Positions 20,129 through 30,467 are shown, numbered from the stretch's first letter. The stretch: DNA of 64,000 nt from Candidatus Thorarchaeota archaeon (GCA_004524445.1 SDNP01000017.1:1-64000); one strand, 5' to 3'. Made by a program: numbers and translations. The notes: a model not told the origin generated them from the sequence alone.

Positions 20129-21109
20129 TCAAGATGCGACGATTAAATGAGATACGAGGCTAGTGAGAGAAAAAATAAGGCACACCGCAGATACTTTCCT
20201 CGACAGTGCCAAAACCCCATCTATTTGATTTATGGACAGGCCGTTGCGACTCCAGAGGAATTCCAAGACCACGTTCCAAATAGACATGACAACCCCCAAC
20301 CAGAACAGTCCAGCAAAGACGGCAGTATCAGGAAACTCTTGAAACAAGCAATAGGGGCAATGGTGACTGGATAATCCAAGAACGACAGGAGCCACTGTAT
20401 CATGAATAGCAGTAAGATAAGAGAATCCAAGAAGTGGACCAAGTGTCAAGATTGTAATGAGCCGTCTATTAAGAGGAAGTTCAATCAATTCTATTGCTAT
20501 GATGATTGTGGCTAATGTAATTGTCAACACAATAATAGCAATCCCCACTTCCGGACCGAACAAGGCGGACGGAGAAAAGGGCGGTTCAACATCGTAAACA
20601 CTCGAACAGCAGGGAGCATATACCGGCTGAATTAGAGAAACAAGAAGTACATCTAGTACACTCTCAACTACGAGGACAGGAAGCAAAACTAGAGCGAAGC
20701 TTTTTGCCAATAGATTAGCCATTGCCAAATCTTTACTTCTTCTATTTGCTATCTCAATGAAAATCCATTGCCCGTAAAGCGCCGGTACGATGAGTTTGAG
20801 AGCCATATCAAGGGAGGAAAAAGGTTCTGAAACATTGACAACTCCCGAGATACACATTGCTCCAGGACAATAGGGAACAAGCGATTGAAGCATCCAGAAG
20901 AACAGGGGCGCGGCAACAAGTCTAGCTGCTAGGACAATCAAGCCAATCATGCCCAAGAGATAGTATTTTTGTTCGGCAGTCTGGCTGCCATTCGAATTTT
21001 CATTCTTATCTCCTGTGATAGATAATGAAATGTGCCCACCATAGAATGCTAGTACTAGAGATAGTATTGCTAGCACCATGAGGACAATGGTGGAAACGGT
21101 GATAATCAT
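20129..21109 (-). CDS. Multi-TM protein with Cys/His loop motifs
   Basis: CPGAMCISG, CCSSVY, HHCPYC. Confidence 0.75.
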   Translation of the reverse strand: MIITVSTIVLMVLAILSLVLAFYGGHISLSITGDKNENSNGSQTAEQKYYLLGMIGLIVLAARLVAAPLFFWMLQSLVPYCPGAMCISGVVNVSEPFSSLDMALKLIVPALYGQWIFIEIANRRSKDLAMANLLAKSFALVLLPVLVVESVLDVLLVSLIQPVYAPCCSSVYDVEPPFSPSALFGPEVGIAIIVLTITLATIIIAIELIELPLNRRLITILTLGPLLGFSYLTAIHDTVAPVVLGLSSHHCPYCLFQEFPDTAVFAGLFWLGVVMSIWNVVLEFLWSRNGLSINQIDGVLALSRKVSAVCLIFSLTSLVSHLIVAS

Positions 21110-21209
21110 TGGTCGAGCCTCTTGGAATTGAGCGATGCATTATGTTGTATTGGCTGGTATGTTTCTGCTTGATACTTCCGATGTTCTTCCGCTATGCGGT
21201 TCTACATGA

Positions 21210-22304
21210 ATGAATCGTATTTATATGTCCACCTTATTTGAATCGGTAGGGATATCGTTGTCTGGTGATATATTTACGACGCTCAAGGACCTATGTGATT
21301 TGCCAGGCCCCGTGGGCCGCGAAGGTGTTGTGCAGAAGCGGATCAGAGAGGAATTATCTCAGTATTGTGATGAGATTAAAACAGACAAGATTGGCAATCT
21401 AACTGCCACTATGGAGGGTACAAAAAGCCATTATGCTGTTGTAGCTCATGCGGATGAAGTTGGATTTTTGGTAAGCAGTATTGATGACAATGGATTCATT
21501 CAGGCGAAATGGAATACCCAGGGATATCAACCGGATATGCGTCTTATGCCTGGTCAAAGGGTTTTGTTCATGTCTGACCAAGGGATGATACCCGGTTGCT
21601 TTTGTGTGAAGACAGCTCATATCGCAGGAGCAAAGGGAAAAAAGAAGATACCCTCTTGGGATGAGGTATTCATCGATATTGGAGCTGAATCGTCAGAGGA
21701 AGTCCACGAGATGGGCATTGATATTGGGACTCATCTTGTGTATGACGCGGGAATCGAGCAAATCGGAAAGAATGTTGTTGGAAAATCCCTTGATGATAGG
21801 GTTGGGCTGGCAGTTATTTTGCATCTGGCAAAACTCTTCTCCCAGTTGCCACAAGTCAAAAAACCAAGAGTAACTTTTGTTTCCACAGTTATGGAGGAAA
21901 TAGGAGCGAAAGGGGCATCCGCTGTCGCAGATGAGATGGATGTTGACGCAGTACTCGTTTTGGAGATTGGACTAGCAGACGATTATCCCGGAACTCAAGG
22001 AGAGGCAAATGTTGATTTGGGCAAGGGACCGGTCATTGTCATCAAGGATAATCAGATTGTCTACTCTCACGAACTAACTAAGGCATTGGGAAATATATCA
22101 AAGGAGAAAGGTATTGAAACACAGAAGGCCGTATACCACAACTATGCTACTGACGGTTATAGGATGGCATCCCAAGGTCAAAAAGTTGCAGCCATCGGAG
22201 TTCCCTGTCGCTATTCTCATAGCAGTTTTGAAACTATCAGGATTGACGATGTGAAGAATACTCTGAAACTTGTCTATGAGTTTCTACTGAGAAACCATCG
22301 ATAA
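21210..22304 (+). CDS. M42 (TET) aminopeptidase
   Basis: AHADEVG, KSLDDRVG, MEEIG, RYSHS. Confidence 0.9.
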   Translation: MNRIYMSTLFESVGISLSGDIFTTLKDLCDLPGPVGREGVVQKRIREELSQYCDEIKTDKIGNLTATMEGTKSHYAVVAHADEVGFLVSSIDDNGFIQAKWNTQGYQPDMRLMPGQRVLFMSDQGMIPGCFCVKTAHIAGAKGKKKIPSWDEVFIDIGAESSEEVHEMGIDIGTHLVYDAGIEQIGKNVVGKSLDDRVGLAVILHLAKLFSQLPQVKKPRVTFVSTVMEEIGAKGASAVADEMDVDAVLVLEIGLADDYPGTQGEANVDLGKGPVIVIKDNQIVYSHELTKALGNISKEKGIETQKAVYHNYATDGYRMASQGQKVAAIGVPCRYSHSSFETIRIDDVKNTLKLVYEFLLRNHR

Positions 22305-22314
22305 CGTGACCAAT

Positions 22315-22705
22315 TCACTCCTCTTGGACCCTAACACGAACCCTGAGGCTCTCGCGTGAAGTGATTACAACTTCGGTGCCTGGGTCTATTGATCCTTCGT
22401 CAGGTCGAGCATCCCTGATCTCCTGCCCCACCTTGACTTTCCCAGATAAACTATTTCTGAGTCACAGTAGAAGTGACATAGCCAGTGAGTCCATGAAGGT
22501 CGTATTGACCCGCTGTTGCTTCTTGTAAGGAGGGATAGACCAGATAGCACTTGATTGCGATAAAAATGGCGCATCCTACAACACCGATCACTCTGATTGG
22601 AAGAAGTATCTCTGGTAAGAAGATAGATACAGGAATGAATACGATAGGAACCAGAAATAGTTCATCTATTGTAATGGCTATGAATTTGATTTTGGCTGAA
22701 ACCAC
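22315..22705 (-). pseudogene. NfeD-like (YbbJ-type) gene interrupted by a stop and frameshift
   Basis: ..LHGLTGYVTSTVTQK then TAGTTTA, then SGKVKVGQEIRDARPDEGSIDPGTEVVITSRESLRVRV in another frame. Confidence 0.7.
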
Positions 22706-22845
22706 TTGTGAAACATACCCATTCCAAGTCTACAACATACTCCTTATGATAAGAAAAGAGGTTTCTGGAATAAGGTCCCTATCGTGACAGGGAAACCAGA
22801 CGCTTAATTAGATGATTTCATTCCGTTTCGAGTAGTGATGGCCAG

Positions 22846-23970
22846 TTGCGTACTGAAACGATCCAGATGATGGCTGGTGCTGCATTATTCTCTGCAGTTA
22901 CATACGTTCCCATACTGGCCAGAGAGTATCTTGGAACAAATGAGTTCTATGTCACATTTCTTGTTGGGGCCTATGCCACCGCCTCATTCGTGTCTTCGTA
23001 CATATTTGGCAGGGCGGGGGATGTCTATGGGAGAAGAGTCATACTCAGGCTTGGATTATTGCTTTGTACCATAAGCTTCGGGCTCCTTCTCATAGCCATT
23101 GACCCGGTAATCCTATTCTTGATACGAATTCTCAACGGATTCTGTATCGGAATGTATCCAGGAGCTTTAGCAGCTTTTGCCTACGAATCCGAGATGAAAA
23201 TGGGACGGTTTGCAGCCTTTGGAGCAGTCGGTTGGGGTATTGGAACGGTGACCGCTGGCTTTGCAGCAGGTTTCTGGATCTATGGTGCATTCTTGGTTTC
23301 AACTTCGTTTTTCGCCCTTGCCTTTGGTAGCGCAATGACTTTGCCCAAGGCACCTCATCAAGAAATGGATGTCCCTCTATTTCCTGTTGCAACCTTGAAA
23401 CGAAATTGGTCAGTATACACGGCAGTCTTGGTCCGTCATAGCAGTGCTTCAGCATTATGGACCCTATGGCCCTTGTTTCTTTTTGATATCGGAGCAGATT
23501 TCTTCTGGATTGGAGTAATTCAAGCAACAAATGCAATCTCACAGGTTGCGTTTATGGCTGGCATGACGGATAGGTTCGAATGTAGGAAGCTTGTTGCGAC
23601 AGGGCTTCTCGCGTCAGCTGCAACCTTCACATCCCTTGTTTTTGTCACTAACGTACTAGAGGCCATTCCAACTCAAGTCATCCTTGGCTTTGCTTGGTCA
23701 TGTCTTTATGTCGGAGCTCTCAAGTATGTCACTGAACGAAACTTGGATAGATCTACAGCCTCGGGCCTTCTAACATCGGTCATGTCGATATCCGGAGTCT
23801 TGGGCCCAATTTTTGCCACCGTGTTATTCGCGCTTTGGCCAGGATATCATGCGATTATGATTTTTGCAGCATTGATGTCAACAATGGGTCTATTGATATT
23901 TGCTGGAAGCAGTCGAAATGAAGAGTGTGATATTACATATCCGCCTAAGGCAAATAAGATGCCTAGTTGA
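22846..23970 (+). CDS. MFS transporter
   Basis: FGRAGDVYGRR motif A; about 12 TM. Confidence 0.9.
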   Translation: MRTETIQMMAGAALFSAVTYVPILAREYLGTNEFYVTFLVGAYATASFVSSYIFGRAGDVYGRRVILRLGLLLCTISFGLLLIAIDPVILFLIRILNGFCIGMYPGALAAFAYESEMKMGRFAAFGAVGWGIGTVTAGFAAGFWIYGAFLVSTSFFALAFGSAMTLPKAPHQEMDVPLFPVATLKRNWSVYTAVLVRHSSASALWTLWPLFLFDIGADFFWIGVIQATNAISQVAFMAGMTDRFECRKLVATGLLASAATFTSLVFVTNVLEAIPTQVILGFAWSCLYVGALKYVTERNLDRSTASGLLTSVMSISGVLGPIFATVLFALWPGYHAIMIFAALMSTMGLLIFAGSSRNEECDITYPPKANKMPS

Positions 23971-24694
23971 CGTAAGCCTTAACTAACCAGTAGTTTGGGA
24001 TACCATTGCCTTGCCCAGATATTGTTTTAGAAATCTCATGCCTGCTAAAATCACGCTCGATTAAATCTACAATCTCTTCTTTCTCGAATGAGTAAGGTTG
24101 GCTTGTAGCCGGTGGATGCCTGGGACCGCGGATAAAACCAATGTACATGCCATTTGGTCGTAAGATGTTAGCAACTCGTTGGAAATACTTCCGCCTCAGA
24201 GTTGACGGAAGAGTCTGAAGGAAGGACCGTTCGAATACGTAGTCATAGGACCCCTCGATTTTCTTCTCATCAATTATGAAATCTGCAATAATAGTGTGTA
24301 TTTTCACATCTGCTGAGTTTGCCCTATGATTTAGCTTCCTTATAGCCTCTTGAGAAATGTCAACTGCAACCACTTCGAATCCGTGGCGAGCAAGATATAT
24401 CGCATTTTGGCCAAGACCAACCCCAGGGATGATGATTTGACCTGTGCTTAATTGTCCTGATTCCACCAATCTTGCTAATTCAGGATGATAACGTCCTATA
24501 TCCCATGGCGGATCCCCAGAGAGATAGGCTCGATCATTAGCAATGCGAGCAGCACAAGAGTAGTGAGCTGTTCCACCATCTCCGATCATCGAGCGAAGCC
24601 AGCCCGACGTCTTGACCCTAGTGTCATCTGCCTTAATGGGCTGACCACAAATCTCACAGATGACGTGTGTCTGGCCTTTCATTGTGGCATTCAT
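23963..24694 (-). CDS. TPMT/TehB-like SAM methyltransferase with N-terminal Zn-finger
   Basis: PPWDIG, PGVGLGQNA, AVDISQEAI; CEIC..HYSC. Confidence 0.8.
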   Translation of the reverse strand: MNATMKGQTHVICEICGQPIKADDTRVKTSGWLRSMIGDGGTAHYSCAARIANDRAYLSGDPPWDIGRYHPELARLVESGQLSTGQIIIPGVGLGQNAIYLARHGFEVVAVDISQEAIRKLNHRANSADVKIHTIIADFIIDEKKIEGSYDYVFERSFLQTLPSTLRRKYFQRVANILRPNGMYIGFIRGPRHPPATSQPYSFEKEEIVDLIERDFSRHEISKTISGQGNGIPNYWLVKAYVN

Positions 24695-24738
24695 TTTAGT
24701 TCCTATTAATAACCGTTCTTACATTGAGAGAGTGTGTT

Positions 24739-26157
24739 TCAAAGACAAATCCAATACCACTCAGCATATTCGGGTGAATTCATGACACGCGAGTCAGAGG
24801 GAAGATGAATATGGTTGCCGTTGGTCTTGAAGTCTGTGTCACCTGATTCGTATACAAAGCCACAGGTTCCCACCGCCTGGTCACCATTAATGGCTGTAAC
24901 GAAATAATTGCGAACAAGATGAGCTGTGCCAATGCTATCATACCAGCTAATCTCGTAAGTGATGAGATTTTGGTCACCCAATGACATGATGACATCAATT
25001 CCTGTAATCACGTCAGGTTGAAAGATATCAGATCTCAAATCATGTGCAGTGACATTAACGTCTTCAAACGTCCAGACGTTGTTTCTCCCTGCAATTCTGA
25101 CATGCGGGATGATGAGGTTCCCAGTATTACTCTGAAGGCGCTCATTCTCCTCAACAAAAGAGGAGTATATCTGAGTGATTCTGCTCTCAGATGCTTGATA
25201 AAACTCGAGTCTGGTGAGAGGCTTCCAGTGATAGTGGTCCATTCTAAAGACATTACGCTCCGGCCATCCTCCACTATACCATGTTCGATACCACCAGAAC
25301 AACTCACCATTAATAGTGTCAATGACGAATGTATTCATGGTTGCATTGAAATGGTACGCCAACTGAATGTGTCCCAAATCTGCTATATGTACCAACACAT
25401 CAAACATCGAAAAGGCGCCCTCTTTGAATATATCCGGCCTTCTTGTAACAACATTGCTTGAATTGAATTGATAGCTGGTATCTCCAATAGTGGCAGATCC
25501 AACAGCATCTCCGATGGGTTCAATTGGGACGGTAGCAGTTGGATCATCATCCCCCGGATTTGTTGTTTGTATGGGCGGTGAAAGACCTGGTTGAAATTGT
25601 AGGAAACTGACTACCAACAAGAGGCCGATTGTTGTTGTGAATATAACTGAATTGGCCATCCTCTTCCTTATTCTCTTTCGGATTGTAAAGAATTTCAAAC
25701 CAACGGCAACATGGATTATTATTGTAACAACAAGACCAAAATCATAGACTCTATGCCAATTGAATGGTATTATGCCGTCAAGATAAACGGCGAAGAACTC
25801 GTACCCTAAGAGACCGGATGTGATTACAAGAAATGCGAAGGCTATGATCATCCAACTGGATACACGCTGGACTAATCTGAGAAGATTCACCTTCAGACCC
25901 CTCCCAGCCATAATTCTCTGCAATAATCGTTTCCTATTGATACTGAAATGCCAGAGTGTAATTCCTACATGAAGAGCAAGAAGGGCTATGAAGAATACCT
26001 CAAATACACGATGCAGAGCAGAAATGAGGTAGATTTGGGAAATCCAACCGCGAGAGAGGCTATACCCAGTCCCAATGGTTCCAATTGATACCAGGGCGAG
26101 CAGCCAAGATATTGCTCTGTGAATCATGATTTTGGAGGGTGGCATTACCACCTGCAA
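24739..26157 (-). CDS. Cytochrome-b-like TM module (x2) fused to an extracellular duplicated domain
   Basis: LHRVF..LHVG and WHRVY..IHVA; FVIDTING..WWY and FVTAING..GFVYE repeats. Confidence 0.6.
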   Translation of the reverse strand: MQVVMPPSKIMIHRAISWLLALVSIGTIGTGYSLSRGWISQIYLISALHRVFEVFFIALLALHVGITLWHFSINRKRLLQRIMAGRGLKVNLLRLVQRVSSWMIIAFAFLVITSGLLGYEFFAVYLDGIIPFNWHRVYDFGLVVTIIIHVAVGLKFFTIRKRIRKRMANSVIFTTTIGLLLVVSFLQFQPGLSPPIQTTNPGDDDPTATVPIEPIGDAVGSATIGDTSYQFNSSNVVTRRPDIFKEGAFSMFDVLVHIADLGHIQLAYHFNATMNTFVIDTINGELFWWYRTWYSGGWPERNVFRMDHYHWKPLTRLEFYQASESRITQIYSSFVEENERLQSNTGNLIIPHVRIAGRNNVWTFEDVNVTAHDLRSDIFQPDVITGIDVIMSLGDQNLITYEISWYDSIGTAHLVRNYFVTAINGDQAVGTCGFVYESGDTDFKTNGNHIHLPSDSRVMNSPEYAEWYWICL

Positions 26158-26216
26158 TGAGTTTAATCTATTAACTATTGGGAATCAGGTAACTTACGTT
26201 CTGTAAGCAAGCCAGA

Positions 26217-26244
26217 GAGGGTGGAGAAAGCAAACGCCACCCTC
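26217..26244 (-). terminator. Stem-loop after the sugar MFS gene
   Basis: GAGGGTGG-N12-CCACCCTC. Confidence 0.45.
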
Positions 26245-26249
26245 AAGAC

Positions 26250-27635
26250 CTATGCGGCCATTTCACTCTTGCTTTCATCGCCCACCTCGCCCGTTCTTAC
26301 AGCTAGGGTCAGAATAAATGCAACAATGAAAAACACAAGAGACAATGGAAATAGGAAGCTGATGGACGTAAGGTCAAAGAACACTCCTGCAACGAATGGA
26401 CCTACTATTGCTGCCCCCATGCTGGCTGCATAGTAGAGCCCAGTACCAGCTCCAATCCGGACCTTTCCAAGTAACTCCCACATAATAACAATACTGTTCA
26501 CATTCACAAATGCCCAACCAATTCCTGCCACAGCGAATATCCCGAGAATGGTATTATAGTCGGCTGAAAACCAGAGCGCAATCAGGCTTGCATGCATGAT
26601 CAGAAGGCCAACAAGTATCGTATTCCGCCTACCTAGCTTTTCAGCTAACAATCCTGCGGGAACTGCGAAGATGACAAATGATAGAGCAATGCCTGTAAGA
26701 AGGAATGAAGCATCTTCAACAGCAAAACCAAGAATTTCATTCCCGTATTTTGTGAACCATGTTTCGATTGCGTTGTACCCGAAAAACCACATGAAAATGG
26801 CACCAAGTATTGCTGCAGCCGACTTATCCTCGGAGAAGGAAACCTCACGAAATGCCTCAATAATCCCGATTTCTCGTGGTTTGTCCGCATCCACAGGAGG
26901 GACTTGCGGTTCTTTGATGGCGAAAAAGAGGATGATTACTGCCACAACCATGATGATTGAAGTAGACAGGAAAGTAAGAATAGGACCAACTTGTGCGGCA
27001 GTCACACCAAGTAATGCACCCAATGCAGGGCTGTTGATTTTGAATATTCGAGATGCAATCGCGAAAGCGTAGATTGCGCCAATGCCACCCATCAGATTAA
27101 TGATGCCATTTGCTTTTGTTCGGTGTTCTGAAGACACCAAGTCTGGCATCAGAGCTACAACAGGAGCTCGATAGAATGCCATTGAAATATTGAAGATGGT
27201 AATAATGGCCAGCATGAACCAGAAACCAAAGACTGCCCATCCATACGCAATTAGCGTGAAAAAGGCGGCAGCAATAGGGGTTCCAACCATGATATAGGGC
27301 ATCCTTCGTCCCCATCTCGTCCTAGTGCTATCGGATTTGGCCCCTATATATGGTTGAATAACCACGGCCAGAATGTTGTCTAATACCATTATAGCCCCGA
27401 TTATTGTATTTTGAAGGTCACCAACAATAAAGGTTGGAAGGAATTCTGCGGGGAGATAGCTGTTATAGACACTCCAACTGATTCCCGTGGTAAAGAATCC
27501 CAAGCCAATTGCCAAAACGTATAACCATCGCATCTGGCTCTGAGAATCTTGGTCGAATCCGGTTTCTTTGTGCTCATCTGCCGGTGTAGTTTCGAGTTCG
27601 ATTTCATCTTCGTGCATTTTCACATTCCTCTTCAT
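26250..27635 (-). CDS. GPH/SLC45-like sugar MFS transporter
   Basis: QPYIGAKSDSTRTRWGRRMPYI, ALMPDL, ANGIINLMGGIG. Confidence 0.9.
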   Translation of the reverse strand: MKRNVKMHEDEIELETTPADEHKETGFDQDSQSQMRWLYVLAIGLGFFTTGISWSVYNSYLPAEFLPTFIVGDLQNTIIGAIMVLDNILAVVIQPYIGAKSDSTRTRWGRRMPYIMVGTPIAAAFFTLIAYGWAVFGFWFMLAIITIFNISMAFYRAPVVALMPDLVSSEHRTKANGIINLMGGIGAIYAFAIASRIFKINSPALGALLGVTAAQVGPILTFLSTSIIMVVAVIILFFAIKEPQVPPVDADKPREIGIIEAFREVSFSEDKSAAAILGAIFMWFFGYNAIETWFTKYGNEILGFAVEDASFLLTGIALSFVIFAVPAGLLAEKLGRRNTILVGLLIMHASLIALWFSADYNTILGIFAVAGIGWAFVNVNSIVIMWELLGKVRIGAGTGLYYAASMGAAIVGPFVAGVFFDLTSISFLFPLSLVFFIVAFILTLAVRTGEVGDESKSEMAA

Positions 27636-27946
27636 GCAGGTTAATGCTGAGTTATTTGATATAAAACCAGTATAATAGATAGGCGGTTATTGAACCATAT
27701 ACTCCAGGTGACCCAGTGGATGAGAATTTCAACCTGAAAAATTGCCCTCAGTCCATTAACCACCATTGGTATGGTAGTTCATATCGCTTTTAGTGGGGCT
27801 ATATCATTCATAGATTCACCAGAATTCTATCTACCAATACCCAATAGGATGAATTGAAATAGCAATATTCTCACTATCTTCATTGCCGAATCCACCGATA
27901 TAGGGGAATGAAATACGAATGGAGTGGATTCAAGCTTTGAGGGAAT

Positions 27947-28930
27947 ATGATGAAAAGGAGTATGCTAGCTAGGCACCTGATTCGCTTCATAGGAATTGGT
28001 TTATTCATCTACATACTCACAACTATTGATTTCACCGCAATGGTCAATGCGTCTCTTTCAGTCACCCCCATCACTATTCTTGGAATTGCCTTTCTCATAA
28101 TTCCAACAATGGTGCTTAAGGGAGCTCGTTGGCAAATCATATCGGAGGGCCTTGGACTTAGGCTCAAGACAACCGAAGCCACTGAAGCGTTGAGCATAGC
28201 ACAGCTGGCTAATCTAGCTACTCCCGGTAGTCTAGGCGACTTCATCCGCGTTCCATACATGACAGCAAGAGGCAATCCAACTGACAAGTCTACTCTGAGC
28301 ATCTTCATAGACGCAATTATCTCAATTGTCGTTCCCTATTCCCTTGGTGGCCTTGCACTCCTCGTGCTTTTGGAGGTTGACATAACCATTCTCGGATTAT
28401 TCGGTGCATTGTTATGGTTTGCAGGATTCATCCTTCTTTACTATTTCATAAAGAAGACAATCTGGACATGGTTCTTCAAGGCAAGAATTGATAGGCTTCT
28501 GTCATCGGGATTCAGGGGAAGCTTTCTCTTCACTTTGCCTTCAGTAATCAAGTCAGTAGGGAAGAGAAATCTCTTGTTGAGTTTGGGGTATTCAGCAGTT
28601 GCATGGCTAACATATACGCTTCAAGCAACAGTTCTAGCTTGGTCATTCGGAATCAACGTCAATTGGATTTTCATCAATGTCGCACTTGCATTGTCTACGA
28701 TGGCAACTGCCATACCCATTTCAATTCAAGGGCTTGGAATCAGAGAGGGGGTATTTCTGTTCTTATTTGGACTGATCAATATCGACCCTGCCATCATCGT
28801 AGCGTTCTCCCTGAGCCTGATGCTAGTCAATATCACACCAATCAGCCTAGGACTCGTAAGCTGGGCAAGAGATCCATTTGATTTGACTCCGGAGGAAAGG
28901 CCCAATGAGTCGATAGGAGAGCTCAGATGA
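27947..28930 (+). CDS. UPF0104/lysylphosphatidylglycerol synthase TM (flippase-like) protein
   Basis: RWQII, NLATPGSLGDFIR, IPISIQGLGIREG. Confidence 0.9.
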   Translation: MMKRSMLARHLIRFIGIGLFIYILTTIDFTAMVNASLSVTPITILGIAFLIIPTMVLKGARWQIISEGLGLRLKTTEATEALSIAQLANLATPGSLGDFIRVPYMTARGNPTDKSTLSIFIDAIISIVVPYSLGGLALLVLLEVDITILGLFGALLWFAGFILLYYFIKKTIWTWFFKARIDRLLSSGFRGSFLFTLPSVIKSVGKRNLLLSLGYSAVAWLTYTLQATVLAWSFGINVNWIFINVALALSTMATAIPISIQGLGIREGVFLFLFGLINIDPAIIVAFSLSLMLVNITPISLGLVSWARDPFDLTPEERPNESIGELR

Positions 28931-29010
28931 GAATAGCCAGATATCTGAACAAGAATGGAACGTTAACGGTTACTTCATATTTGATAAGAAGAGAGTAGAA
29001 AGGGATAGAG

Positions 29011-29310
29011 ATGTCTTTCGAGTACCTTATACAAAAACCTGTGCTTGAACTCTTGTTTGCACTGAAATGGAGTGACAAGTTCGAACGAGACCTCATTTCT
29101 CGTCTGCAAGATATCGTTGATGAGCCAAAGGCTTCATTTGAAGCTATCAAATCTAGATTAGTAGAGTTAGAACTAGCCAACGAGTATAAGGGGGGAGCCG
29201 GAAGTCCCTATCTTGCTCTGACAGATAGAGGACAGGCTATCGCAGATAGGCTCTATGAGATTAAATTTGTACTTGATCATCCAGACGAAAGGGCATTTCC
29301 CACCGAGTAA
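29011..29310 (+). CDS. Small winged-helix protein
   Basis: RLVELELA..YLALTDRGQAIA wing motif. Confidence 0.65.
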   Translation: MSFEYLIQKPVLELLFALKWSDKFERDLISRLQDIVDEPKASFEAIKSRLVELELANEYKGGAGSPYLALTDRGQAIADRLYEIKFVLDHPDERAFPTE

Positions 29311-29406
29311 AAAATCGAGTCATAGGATATGTTATCCTATCCGTTAGTAGTCGGGAGCACATTGATATTAGGGCAAACAATCCTATTCTTTGAGGCATGA
29401 TTAGTT

Positions 29407-30216
29407 CTGAAATTAGAGGATCTAAAGGCACTCCGCTGTCCCAAATGCAGCAAAAAGATGCATCTAACCGAGGTTTTGGAGCAGGAGGAGTCCATTGTTA
29501 CTGGAGTGGTGACCTGCGAAAAGGGGCACCTCTGGTACATTGAGAATTCGATAATTGATTTGTTATATCCACCCCTGAGGGAAGAGGACAGAAAATGGGT
29601 TGCTGAATACAACAGAATGGCAAAGGATTATGATGAAGCTGTTAAGAACTATGACGATTGGCTGCAAATTGACATGATGAAAGAACGAGAACACCTTGCC
29701 CAGTTTCTGCCAAATACTGGCCACATCAATATCCTAGATGCCAGTATCGGTACAGGCGCCAACTTCATCGCACTTGAAAACACTCTGCAGGATCAAGTAT
29801 CTAGACTATCGATGCATGGGTTGGATGTTTCAGACGGGATGCTAGAGGTCTGTAGGTCGAAGTTCGAGTCGGTCGACCTGTATGTCAACCTTGTAAGAGG
29901 AAACATTTTCAACATGCCATTTCGGAGTAACTACTTTCATATTGTAGTACATACCGGTGGATTGAACACATTTTCTGAAAAAGAAAGGTTCCTGCAGGAG
30001 ATGCTCAGAGTTGCAGTAAATGAAGGGACCATTGTTGTAATTGACGAGGGGATATCACCGAAGATTAGAAATGAAGAAAGGGGAAGGTCAATTATTGAAG
30101 AGAATTCTCTTTTCGGTACAAGACCGCCACTTGAATGCCTTCCTGAAGCAGCGCGAGATGTGGAAGTGGACTATATCATGAATGATACGTTCTATCGAAT
30201 TGTCTTCAAAAAGTAG
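29407..30216 (+). CDS. Trm112-like Zn-finger fused to a UbiE-like SAM methyltransferase
   Basis: LRCPKC..CEKGH..IENSIIDL; ILDASIGTG, GLDVSDGML; start inferred at CTG 29407. Confidence 0.8.
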   Translation: MKLEDLKALRCPKCSKKMHLTEVLEQEESIVTGVVTCEKGHLWYIENSIIDLLYPPLREEDRKWVAEYNRMAKDYDEAVKNYDDWLQIDMMKEREHLAQFLPNTGHINILDASIGTGANFIALENTLQDQVSRLSMHGLDVSDGMLEVCRSKFESVDLYVNLVRGNIFNMPFRSNYFHIVVHTGGLNTFSEKERFLQEMLRVAVNEGTIVVIDEGISPKIRNEERGRSIIEENSLFGTRPPLECLPEAARDVEVDYIMNDTFYRIVFKK

Positions 30217-30236
30217 GTAATGTGTTGCAGAGTATC

Positions 30237-30279
30237 AAAAAAAGGAAGTCTGTGCTCATGTCGCTTCGAGCATGAGCAC
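30237..30279 (-). terminator. Hairpin terminator (possibly bidirectional)
   Basis: GTGCTCATG..CATGAGCAC (30252-30279) followed by a 7-U tract on the minus strand. Confidence 0.7.
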
Positions 30280-30381
30280 TTCTTTGCATGAGAGCCCACG
30301 ATCTCTATTTGGGTCTACCGAGTGACAATCAGTATCTCTATCTTCAGATCGGTTTGATTGATAAGGGGATACCATTACCAT

Positions 30382-30462
30382 CTACCTTCTGAAGTAAGAG
30401 TAAGCGATTGCATTGGTTGAGATGTGCGTCTTCTCATTCTTATTCTTCTTAGCAATAACCAT
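30382..30462 (-). CDS. Small peptide B (26 aa) MVIAKKNKNEKTHISTNAIAYSYFRR
   Basis: GGAGGT SD upstream; C-terminus paralogous to peptide A. Confidence 0.6.
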   Translation of the reverse strand: MVIAKKNKNEKTHISTNAIAYSYFRR

Positions 30463-30467
30463 CTAGT

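Noticed and set aside
22451-22453. Pyrrolysine or selenocysteine readthrough at in-frame stops (also 4516 and 63905)
   Set aside because: Readthrough does not restore the frame, or other lesions are present; no SECIS-like element recognised
27640-27940. 300-bp intergenic region
   Set aside because: Only broken frames; cannot support a feature
30256-30381. Third small ORF (39-41 aa) in the peptide operon
   Set aside because: Lacks the shared motif and runs into the terminator stem; mentioned but not called
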